From Neoechinorhynchus agilis (lineage: Eukaryota; Animalia; Acanthocephala): a stretch of DNA of 64,000 nucleotides. Positions 10,907 through 22,170 of this stretch are shown piece after piece. The notes beneath the pieces were generated by a model. That model worked only from the letters and a program-made list of their open reading frames with translations. It was not told the DNA's origin and searched no databases. The stretch is taken from NCBI GenBank assembly GCA_051530055.1, contig CM121342.1:3781489-3845488 (forward strand). The letters run 5' to 3'. The translations under genes were made by a program, and so were the position numbers. The number at the start of each line of letters is the position of its first letter. The stretch's first letter is position 1.

Positions 10907-13699
10907 CTAATCGATTTGAATCATCTCATTGGTACCTAACGTCATAGACTTTCGACTTTCCACGAATGCAACAAATGTCGTTGGTGGAAGAGTCGGTAAA
11001 GAGTATTGGCCATTAGAAATTCGGGCACTAAATTGCAACTTCTCATTCTCGTATTCTTCCCATGCAGCCTTCCTCTCATCTTCCGTAAGCTTCTCCTCTA
11101 GTCTTTGTTCAAGGAAAGAGTCGTGTTCGTGATACCCATATATCCACTTTTGCGAGCATCGCAAAAGTTCAGCCAGAACGATATCCTTAGGCAAAATTGG
11201 AGTGGGTTGAGTATCGCCTTCGTTGACATCGGGAACTTCATCGAAAGTGAAAAGCTTAGATAGTTCAAGGCCAGTAAAATGTCGGTCAACGTGCTGTTCG
11301 TCACAAACCCGCAAAACTAGACCTTGCTTTGTGATTTGACGCTGATAAATCTTTTCTTCGATTGTCCCGAGGGTAAAGAGCCTGTAAATGAACACTTCTT
11401 TAGATTGACCAAATCGGTAGACTCGATAAATCGACTGGATGTCATTCGAAGGATTCCAGGAAGGTTCAAATATTACAACGCGATTAGCCGCCTGAAGATT
11501 CAGCGCCATTCCCCCAGCCTGAGTAGAAATTAAAAACAATCGCATACGTCGGTTCCTCGTTTTATTGAAATGCGCAACGCGGGCTTTCCTATCCATTCCG
11601 CAAGTACTTCCGTCAATTCGGGTGTAATCCAAGCCAAATACCCAACGGAGACAATGCTGTTCTCTATCCGATTGTTTAGATGATTGCTGGCTAATGTTCA
11701 ACAGAATAGCTTCAATGAAATCGAGCACTGTTAAACTAGAAGAGAATACTAAAACTTTGTCATTGAGTTGAGCACAATGCTCGAGGATCATTAAAAGTAC
11801 AACAAGTTTACCAGAGACGTCCAGCCGATACCTTATAGATTCAGGATCTGTGCAAAGTCCATGAAACCATTCAGTATTTGCACATATTATAGAGGTTTCC
11901 CGATATAGAGAAACGCGATCGGTAAACCGCTATTCTTCATTATCTCCGTCATGACTTGCAAGATTATCTCCTCCGGATTTGCGTAATTTATCCCGTTTCC
12001 TTCTCATAGCATCCTGCTTCTTCTTATAATCAGACCACAAAAGGAACGGATGGGCGCAAATCCGTTTGGCAATGATATAGAAGTTCAAAAGATCTCTATG
12101 TGATTGTGTTTGTCCTTTATTAAGAACCAATAATCGATATAATTCTGCTTGCATCTTTGAAGGACGAATACTGATAACATATTCATATCGATTTGGGAGA
12201 TAAGGTTGGAGGCAAGTGCTGTCTCGTCTGTGGACGCAACCGCCAAGCATTTCGTGAAGAATATGAGTTCTCTTCATCATGAGCTTAACATCATACCACG
12301 TAGAATCAGCGTTTAAGCCGTTTTGGATTGGTGTAATAAATCGGTTGTTAAATTCCCTCCTCGTACCTAAATAGTTTGGTTTTATGAAATGTACCATGCA
12401 ATGATACTCTGCTAAATTATTTTGCAGCGGAGTCCCGGTCATCACAATACGCCTTGGAGTTCGGATGTTCGAGAGTACTTTATAGATGTTCGTACGTTCA
12501 TTCTTTAAAATATGACCTTCATCGCAAACCAACAAATCCGGACCAGGATTTAAGAGTGCTTGACGAATTTGATTATCATCCCGAGAATTATTTAACCGCT
12601 CAATTATATTCCGAAATCGGCAGTATGTCATTATGAGAACTGTGGGTTCAATAGATATTCGAAAATCTTGAATGTTTTTGAGCTTATCAGAACCGTACAT
12701 TTTATCGTCAAGTACAATCACATCAACTCTTTCTTCTAATCGGATTCTTGACTGCCATCTCTGGAACTCCCTGGACCATTGGGTCAGTCCACTTTTTGGT
12801 GAGAGAATCAAAGCGGATTTGGTTTGGGTTAACTTGAAATGAGTAAGTACTGCTTGAAGAAACGCGATAACCGTAAAAGTTTTACCGAGTCCCATGCAAT
12901 GTGCAAGGACACATCCTCCACCCAACTGCCTTCCATCATAATTGTTTTCAATCGTTTCAATGCAATTATCATACAAAAAGTGGCATCCTTCGATTTGATG
13001 CTTTTTGAGGCAATTGGCAATAGAAGGATGTACCGATAAAAGCGGTTTCTTTGTTTCCGAGTCGTAGTCGAGTATGATGCTTTTATGATCAATTTCAGCT
13101 CCCTTCGATTCCAAACGCTTCAATCGACTTCTCTCTTTTGACATGGCCAATCGCGTTTGCTCATCGCAGTTGTCATCTTCGATGATCGCCTCAATTCTAC
13201 GTGGAACAACACTGTCATCATCACTTGAAGATTCGATTATTATTTTCCCTTTTCGTTTTCTTATCAATCTTACGCTGTTACTTGAATAGGAGGAATCGCA
13301 ATTATCCATCGATTTTTTTTCCCGGTGATAATCCTGGCCGAAAGTGTTTTCTTTACTATTTGTGTACGATCGGCTACTCGGACTACAATTTATCCTCGGG
13401 ACTTTTGTTGGAATCTCATCTTTGCGGGGATGCGTTCCTGACCTTTTTGGATGCACCGCGCCTTCCGACAGCCAATCCCCGAAGATTTGAAAGTACTTCA
13501 GATACAGTAGCATTTCAGCATCGTCACATCCACCGGAGTCCTCCTTTTGCGGCGTTTGCACTTGGTCCGAAGTTTGCGATGTAACACCCGATGCCTGGTC
13601 CGCATTACTTTTGCCTTGAACCAGGACCATCATTTCCTGCACACGAATGGCGACAACCTCTAAGTGCTCAATCAAAGCATTTCTTAGCTCGGTATTCAT
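10907..13699 (-). CDS. ATRX: ATRX-like SNF2 helicase, one continuous frame with a single in-frame TAG at 11930-11932
   Basis: GCVLAHCMGLGKT, CDEGHILKN, TGTPLQNNLAEYHCMVHFIKPNYLG, SGKLVVL...DKVLVFSSSL, FLISTQAGGMALNL, SWNPSNDIQSIYRVYRFGQ, KDIVLAELL. First ATG at 13699; the two track ORFs are in the same frame 46 codons apart; no ADD domain seen. Confidence 0.92.
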
Positions 13700-13869
13700 A
13701 TTACGTTTTGAACTCAAAAAAATACACTTAATGGGACACAAGAGTGCACTGTCTTTCGTTGACTACACGTCACGTAGTGAAAATGGTATTACGTCACATA
13801 ACATACACGGAAGACACTTGCACGCGTCAAGGAAACAACAACCAAGTAGTATGCTAACTGTTCCTTTTC

Positions 13870-13894
13870 GTTGTTGTTGTTGTTGTTGTTGTTG
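13870..13894. repeat. (GTT)n microsatellite upstream of ATRX
   Basis: Eight tandem gtt triplets. Confidence 0.9.
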
Positions 13895-14280
13895 CGTGCT
13901 ACCACGCAAAATGTTCACGAGGTGTTTTGTATACGTTCAGATGTTTATACGTAAAACTGTCGCGGTTGCGCTTTTTCGATATTTTCCGGTGTGAGGTCGC
14001 GAAAAGCCGCAGTGCAAATGAGTTTTTGCCAAGAATGAAAAAACATGCCGGAGGTGAAACTCGGGATCGTTCAACTGCGTTCCGGAGAAAAACAAACAAT
14101 GAAGAATTCGACGTCACTGAGGCCTAATCCATCGTGAGTAAGTAAGCAATTGATCCGATGATCCTCTTCAATCAATGCCTTCAAGCGAATCGCATATTGC
14201 TCTCCAGTTACAGTACGTGGATGTCCTTCACGTTCGCTAATGTTAAATTTGTTTCATCGTAACTATGCTACAGTTTTCTC

Positions 14281-16134
14281 TGTGTTGTACTTTTTCATAA
14301 TGACATCAAATCATCAATTCTGTTATTATTACATAAATGTAAAGGATCACGCTTTTTGACCATTTTATCTAAGCGATAACTGTTTATTTATTTACATGCA
14401 TAAACATAAAAATATCCATGCGTTGTTGTTTTTATGCAATGCGGTATGCTACGTATATATCTTTCGCATTTAGAACATTATACACTCCGGTTGTTTTTAT
14501 TATGCTTATATGCGGCGCTATCTTTGATTTCTTAGGCATTTGCATGTATGTTGCATACTTATGGTTGTCCTTTTCTCATAATGACATCAAATCATAAAAT
14601 TTGTAATTTTTTATCGATGCAAAGGGACGCGCTTTTTGATCATTTTATCTAAGCGGTAATTGTTTATTTGTTTAATTGCACAAGCGTAAATGTATCCATG
14701 CGTTGTTGTTTTTATGCAATGCGGTATGCTACGTATATATCTTTCGCATTTAGAACATTATACACTCCGGTTGTTTTTATTATGCTTATACGCGGCGCTA
14801 TCTTTGATTTCTTAGGCGTTTGCATGTATGTTGCAATCTTATGGTTGTCCTTTTCTCATAATGACATCAAATCTTCAATTCTGTTATTATTATATAAATG
14901 TAAGGGGACACGCTGTTTGATCATTTTATCTAAGCGGTAATTGTTTATTTATTTTTGTTGCACAAGCGTAAATGTATCCATGCGTTGTTGTGTTTATGCA
15001 ATGCGGTATGCTACGTATATATCTTTCGCATTTAGAACATTATACACTCCGGTTGTTTTTATTATGCTTATACACGGCGCTATCTTTGACTTCTTAGGCG
15101 TTTGCATGTATGTTGCAATCTTATGGTTGTCCTTTTCTCATAATGACATCAAATCTTCAATTCTGTTGTTATTATATAAATGTAAGGGGACACGCTGTTT
15201 GATCATTTTATCTAAGCGGTAATTGTTTATTTATTTACGTACACATAAAAATATCCATGCGTTGTTGTTTTATGCAATGCGGTATGCTACGTATATATCT
15301 TTCGCATTTAGAACATTATACACTCCGGATGTTTTTATTATGCTTATACACGGCGCTATCTTTGACTTCTTAGGCGTTTGCATGTATGTTGCAATCTTAT
15401 GGTTGTCCTTTTCTCATAATGACATCAAATCTTCAATTCTGTTATTATATAAATGTAAGGGGACACGCTGTTTGATCATTTTATCTAAGCGGTAATTGTT
15501 TATTTATTTAATTGCACAAGCGTAAATGTATCCATGCGTTGTTGTGTTTATGCAATGCGGTATGCTACGTATATATCTTTCGCATTTAGAACATTATACA
15601 CTCCGGTTGTTTTTATTATGCTTATACACGGCGCTATCTTTGACTTCTTAGGCGTTTGCATGTATGTTGCAATCTTATGGTTGTCCTTTTCTCATAATGA
15701 CATCAAATCTTCAATTCTGTTATTATTATATAAATGTAAGGGGACACGCTGTTTGATCATTTTATCTAAGCGGTAATTGTTTATTTATTTACATGCATAA
15801 ACATAAAAATATCCATGCGTTGTTGTTTTTTATGCAATGCGGTATGCTACGTATATATCTTTCGCATTTAGAACATTATACACTCCGGTTGTTTTTATTA
15901 TGCTTATACACGGCGCTATCTTTGACTTCTTAGGCGTTTGCATGTATGTTGCAATCTTATGGTTGTCCTTTTCTCATAATGACATCAAATCTTCAATTCT
16001 GTTATTATTATATAAATGTAAGGGGACACGCTTTTTGATCATTTTATCTAAGCGGTAATTGTTTATTTATTTACATGCATACACATAAAAATATCCATGC
16101 GTTGTTGTTTTATGCAATGCGGTATACGTATATA
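14281..16134. repeat. About 281-bp tandem satellite, array 2 (about 6.5 units), same orientation as array 1
   Basis: Same unit as 4648-6697; degenerate left edge; right end fused to proline-rich gene copy B. Confidence 0.97.
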
Positions 16135-16848
16135 GATCCTTCGAATTTCTTGGCGGCACTGCGGCGTCCCATCGTAAATAATAAGAATATTCCGCCGCGA
16201 GGTCGATGGAGGACACGGTGCCTTTTGATAGATGATTATTCGTTTCGAAGATTTGGGATAGGGCATCCATCGTTCAATGTAGATATCTCGTGGCTTCGGT
16301 GGCAATGGAGGAAGCCTTTCAACGATAATCCTTCTTTTTGGTTGTGGAGAAGAAGGCAAGTGGCGGTAAATGATTTGAGGAGCATTTGTCCGGGAAGGAG
16401 CTTGAGGAGGACATTCGCGTAAGACGAGTGGTGGAGGTGTTGGTGGTGGTTTTGGTTGTTGCCGGATGTAGATTGGGGGCGGTGTAGGTCGACGAGGAAG
16501 CCTTTTTTCTTGGATGAATATTGGTCCTGCCGGTGGAAGCTTTGGCGGTTGAAGGTATTTTATATAAACGGTCTGAGTGACCTGTTGAATATCGCCGGTA
16601 TGCGCTTTTCGGACAATCAAAGGATCGAGATCGTTCAACATCGCACAGGATTGTGACTCCGTTGATGAACTTTCGTCGGTACTAATCGTCGCTTTTAATG
16701 AATCATTATTACCACTTTTAAGTGATTGAATATTCTGATTTTCAGAATAGGATCCTTTTTGACCAGCGAAATCTGCTTCGTTCAACTTCGTTTCGTGTAG
16801 AATTGTTTCGTTGTATTGATTTATTGGCTCTCTCATTCGGAGACTCAT
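16135..16848 (-). pseudogene. Proline-rich protein, copy B, 3'-truncated by satellite
   Basis: Essentially identical to copy C up to CRQEIR, then runs into the satellite; about 240 bp of upstream flank (to about 17091) is shared with copies A and C. Confidence 0.88.
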
Positions 16849-17193
16849 TTTTTGTTTCTCAAATCTTTATGTTCGACTTCTCTTAACGGACTGAAATATA
16901 CAGCAAACTCTTTTCAGTTTTATGAACATTTAATTGTTCAACGCTACATAAAGAAAGCGTCAAAGATAAATATTTGATACGCAAATTGAAAATGTTGACA
17001 AATGCATAGTTTGTATCGATTTAATGAGCGTAAAAAATCTTTGATTCACGAGATCACCCTTTTCGGCTCTTGTAAAGTTTAACGAAGGAAGTTTAAAATG
17101 AAATGTAGAAAAGACATGGATCTTTGATTGAATAAACTCAAAAAATGAAAAATAATACTCTAAACCAAAAAATGTGGATTTTATTTTACACTT

Positions 17194-18393
17194 TTAGAGT
17201 TCTGAATATTTCATAAATTGAGTTCTTCGACGAGCAGTTTGACTACCAAAGAAATCCATCGCCAAGACATTATCGAGGCTTTCGTTCATGCTGGAAAATG
17301 ATGTCACTGTAGACGAGCAAAATGTCCGAGGACAACAGTTAAGAATATCTCCAATGGTTGCATTCATTTTCTGCTCTGTGAGTTTATCAAGAAACTTTGC
17401 CAGTTTGAACGTGAATCTATCGACTAGATGAACGCCAATATCGAAATCTACATGATAAGAAATACTGTCTTCGTTATGTCCACTGCTGGAAATTCCAATA
17501 AATGAAGGCGACGTTATGTGATCGAACATTGAAGCGGATTTACATGAATCGATAACGACGAGCATTTTGTTGTATCGACGAAGAGCCCACATTTGATCAA
17601 TAATGTTGGCGAAAAACTTCGATGTAATTTCGTTTGAATCCAGAAACTTAAGAAATCCAGATCCACCGTGGCCAGATAAATAGATAACGATATTTGATTG
17701 AGAATTGGAGAGCAGGCGCCGTCGGGCTGATGTGTGGTCATGCCAGCGATCGGTGAGCAATCTTAAGGAAACGAATTTGCTAAGGATCCATTTACAAGAT
17801 CTGTGCCTATTGTCAGTATTTCTGGCTAAAAGGAAAAATAAAATGTTAAATATATGTTCTCATTTAAAGGATATGCAAAAAATACCAGACAGTTTTGAAA
17901 TATAATTTATTTGAATGCGTCAAACATTTTTGAGTTGACACTTTTTTTTGTAAAAATTTCAGAGTAAAGATTTTCAGACAAAAATCCTTTTAATATGAGT
18001 AAAAATGATTTTTTCAAATGAGTATTCGATTTTCAAATAACCGCAAAAGTTTGAAAGCAATCCGTTCCGAATTACAAAGTTGTCAAGAGTTGCACGGTAA
18101 TCGACGGTAACATCTTCATCATAAACTCCACGGCGATCATCGGGTTCGATTTTAAGTTTGCCGGGAACCGGATTCCGCGGATCGCAGGCTGCATCATCGC
18201 CCATCATAACGATTATCCGACACGGTGGGATTCCCAATTTCCGAACTCTACTGTAAATGGCAAAAGCGTTGGCTGCATGTCGATAATTGTGCCAATACCG
18301 CGATGTATCGACTATTACAGCCCAATTATCGACGTGATTAGAAGCAGCTCCTACAAATGCAATGATCAGCAAAACTTCTTTAATTCCGCCCAT
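17194..18393 (-). CDS. PIGK: GPI-anchor transamidase catalytic subunit (GPI8/PIG-K, C13 peptidase), two coding blocks
   Basis: Signal peptide, NWAVIVDTSRYWHNYRH, DDAACDPRNPVPG, VTVDYR, IYLSGHGGSGFLKF (His), VIDSCKSASM (Cys). No C-terminal TM. The intervening intron junction could not be resolved with canonical sites. Confidence 0.9.
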
Positions 18394-18595
18394 CCTTTAT
18401 TTCCGCTGCTCTTTGAGCGCTAAACTCTTCAAATTGACGTTTTTCTTCGAAATAATTGAACCAAGAGCTGGGGCACTTTTCTTTGTATTTTCGAAGGAAA
18501 CTTTCGCAAGTTTCTTTTTTCTCGTCCAAGCAACGATGGTAGTTATCACGAGCAAGGTAGCAAGTTTCTCGGATTCGACGGGTCGGAACTTTCAT
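18380..18595 (-). CDS. COA6: Cytochrome c oxidase assembly factor 6 (COX6B-like family)
   Basis: PTRRIRETCYLARDNYHRCLD...C...Y...CPSSWFNYFEEKRQF matches the COA6 cysteine pattern; 71 aa. Confidence 0.8.
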   Translation of the reverse strand: MKVPTRRIRETCYLARDNYHRCLDEKKETCESFLRKYKEKCPSSWFNYFEEKRQFEEFSAQRAAEIKDGRN

Positions 18596-18960
18596 AAAGT
18601 GAGACTTTAACTGGCGACCGTCTCTCTAAAGCTTGATTCTTATTGGATTGAAGCGATTTTTAAATTCATTTATCAAATCCTCTTATTGAAAATGGACATA
18701 AAAAGTGAAATTAAACACGTATTACAGTGAAACGACAATTTTATCCGAAAAAGTCAATTATACGGACCAGAACACAGCCGAAGAAAATCACAGCGAAAAA
18801 AACACACGAAGATGTGCAACACTTAAGAGAAAAAAGAAGTCTTTGATTATTATCTTAGGGGGAAAACAGACTTTCTTACGGTAATTTTGCCATAGTACGG
18901 ATTCACCAATTTATTTCCGATATTTCACGTCGAATAATTCCGACATAATGAAGGAAAAAT

Positions 18961-19480
18961 GAAATCGAAGATTTGGTGATCAAAATTAGAGGTCTCAGTG
19001 GTGTGAATAATCTTCTTTTTTCAATAATGTGACAAATGCCATAGACCTCTTCTTTTTTGTGGTTTAAAGCACTGCCAATAAATCGTTTGAACGCTAAATT
19101 CCGCATAGAATTAACAAATTTTCCAAAAAGAATTTAAAGGTTTTTTAAAATATTTAATCAATTTTTTAGGCAGTGAGTTTTAGACTTGAATAAGGAACTC
19201 TTAGAAACGAAATCGAAGATTTGGTGATCAAAATTAGAGGTCTCAATGGTGTGAATAATCTTCTTTTTTTCAATAATGTGACAAATGCCATAGACCTCTT
19301 CTTTTTTGTGGTTTAAAGCACTGCCAATAAATCGTTTGAACGCTAAATTCCGCATAGAATTAACAAATTTTCCAAAAAGAATTTAAAGGTTTTTTAAAAT
19401 ATTTAATCAATTTTTTTAGGCAGTGAGTTTTAGACTTGAATAAGGAACTCTCAGAGGCGAAATCGAAGATTTTGGGATTA
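18961..19480. repeat. About 249-bp tandem duplication (2 units plus a partial third)
   Basis: gaaatcgaagattt at 18961, 19209 and 19459. Confidence 0.9.
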
Positions 19481-19845
19481 AAAGGCGTGAGTGCGAATAA
19501 AACACTAAAACGATGACAAACCTTTGGTGGAAATGTCAGGATTATCGACCGCGAGATATCAGCGAAATTAATCATTGGATTTAAATTCCCGAGAAGTGGC
19601 AAAACAAAGAAAAAGAAAGAAAACTAAGCAAAAAGCATGTCATCGAAAAAAAAACACGTACCCGAAGCCGCGTAAACAACGTTCTCATGCATTTTTAAAC
19701 GATTTCAGTTGTGTTCTCGTTTGAAACGGCGCTGAATTTAAGAAAGTTTCGTGTTGATTTGTCATTGAACATTACGTCTGAAACGCTTTCATTTGTTTTT
19801 GGTTGCTCCGTTTCATAGGAGGTTGAATGCGAAATCACCGGTTCG

Positions 19846-22170
19846 GAAAAACACTTCTCTCTTTTTAATCTTTAAAAACTGCTCAAAGATCCTTCATTCT
19901 CTTCGTCCTCTTCAATTTCTACCTCGCGTTTCTCCTTTTACTCGCACTTACAACATTGGCGTCGCTCCAACAACATTTTCCATCCTTTTCGTTCCTCGCT
20001 AAAATCTCTACCTCCGCTCCTTCGTCTCCACCGATCAATCCTCCAAATGCAAATTGATTCCGAGGAAAGAACGGAAAACAACAACCTCACAAATTTTATC
20101 AACCTTCTGCAATTCATCTTCTAATCTTTTCCAAGAACTTAATACTTTTCACAAGAGAGGTGCGTTCCAATCTTCTCCTCCGAACTCATAGAAAAACACC
20201 TCTCTCGCTTTAATCTTTCATCTTTCAAAAGTACTCAAAGATCCTTCATTCTCTTCGTCCTCTTCAATTTCTACCTCGCGTTTCTCCTTTTACTTGCACT
20301 TACAACATTGGCGTCGCTCCAACAACATTTTCCATCCTTTTCGTTCCTCGCTAAAATCTCTACCTCCGCTCCTTCGTCTCCACCGATCAATCCTCCAAAT
20401 GCAAATTGATTCCGAGGAAAGAACGGAAAACAACAACCTAACCAATTTTATCAACCTTCTGCAATTCATCTTCTAATCTTTTCCGAGAACTTAATACTTT
20501 TCACAAGAGAGGTGCGTTCCAATCTTCTCCTCCGAACTCATAGAAAAACACCTCTCTCGCTTTAATCTTTCATCTTTCAAAAGTACTCAAAGATCCTTCA
20601 TTCTCTTCGTCCTCTTCAATTTCTGCCTCGTGTTTCTCCTTTTACTCGCACTTACAACACTCCCGTCGCTCCAACAACATTTTCCATCCTTTTCGTTCCT
20701 CGCTAAAATCTCTACCTCCGCTCCTTCGTCTCCACCGATCAATCCTCCAAATGCAAATTGATTCCGAGGAAAGAACGGAAAACAACAACCTAACCAATTT
20801 TATCAACCTTCTGCAATTTATCTTCTAATCTTTTCCAAGAACTTAATACTTTTCACAAGAGGGGTGCGTTCCATTCTTCTCCTCCGAACTCATAGAAAAA
20901 CACTTCTCTCTCTTTAATCTTTCAAAAGTACTCTAAAAGATCCTTCATTCTCTTCGTCCTCTTCAATTTCTGCCTCGTGTTTCTCCTTTTACTCGCACTT
21001 ACAACACTCGCGTCGCTCCAACAACATTTTCCACCCTTTTCGTTCCTCAAAATCTTACCTCCGCCTTCGTCTCCACCGATCAATCCTCCAAATGCAAATT
21101 GATTCCGAGGAAAGAACGGAAAACAACAACCTAACCAATTTTATCAACCTTCTGCAATTTATCTTCTAATCTTTTCCAAGAACTTAATACTTTTCACAAG
21201 AGGGGTGCGTTCCATTCTTCTCCTCCGAACTCATAGAAAAACACTTCTCTCTTTTTAATCTTTCAAAAGTACTCAAAGATCCTTCATTCTCTTCGTCCTC
21301 TTCAATTTCTGCCTCGTGTTTCTCCTTTTACTCGCACTTACAACACTCGCGTCGCTCCAACAACATTTTCCACCCTTTTCGTTCCTCGCTAAAATCTCTA
21401 CCTCCGCTCCTTCGTCTCCACCGATCAATCCTCCAAATGCGAACTGATTCCGAGGAAAGAGTGGAAAACAACAACCTAACCAATTTTATCAACCTTCTGC
21501 AATTTATCTTCTAATCTTTTCCAAGAACTTAATACTTTTCACAAGAGGGGTGCGTTCCATTCTTCTCCTCCGAACTCATAGAAAAACACTTCTCTCTCTT
21601 TAATCTTTCAAAAGTACTCTAAAAGATCCTTCATTCTCTTCGTCCTCTTCAATTTCTGCCTCGTGTTTCTCCTTTTACTCACACTTACAACACTCGCGTC
21701 GCTCCAACGACATTTTCCACCCTTTTCGTTCCTCGCTAAAATCTCTACCTCCGCTCCTTCGTCTCCACCGATCAATCCTCCAAATGCGAACTGATTCCGA
21801 GGAAAGAGTGGAAAACAACAAACTAACCAATTTTATCAACCTTCTGCAATTTATCTTCTAATCTTTTCCAAGAACTTAATACTTTTCACAAGAGGGGTGC
21901 GTTCCATTCTTCTCCTCCGAACTCATAGAAAAACACTTCTCTCTTTTTAATCTTTCAAAACTACTCAAAGATCATTCATTCTCTTCGTCCTCTTCAATTT
22001 CTGCCTCGCTTTTTTCCTTTTACTCGCACTTACAACACTCGCGTCGCTCCAACGACATTTTCCATTCTTTTCGTTCCTCGCACAAATCTCTACCTCCGCT
22101 CCTTCGTCTCCACCGATCAATCCTCCAAATTCGAACTGATTCCGAGGAAAGAGTGGAAAAGAACGACCTA
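19846..22170. repeat. About 350-bp tandem array (about 6.7 units), pyrimidine-rich on the + strand
   Basis: gatc(c/a)ttcattctc anchor at 19888, 20240, 20592, 20939, 21278, 21625 and 21970. Confidence 0.96.

Noticed and set aside
20398-20405. Octamer ATTTGCAT (minus strand) in some 350-bp monomers as an snRNA distal element
   Set aside because: Not conserved across monomers and expected by chance.
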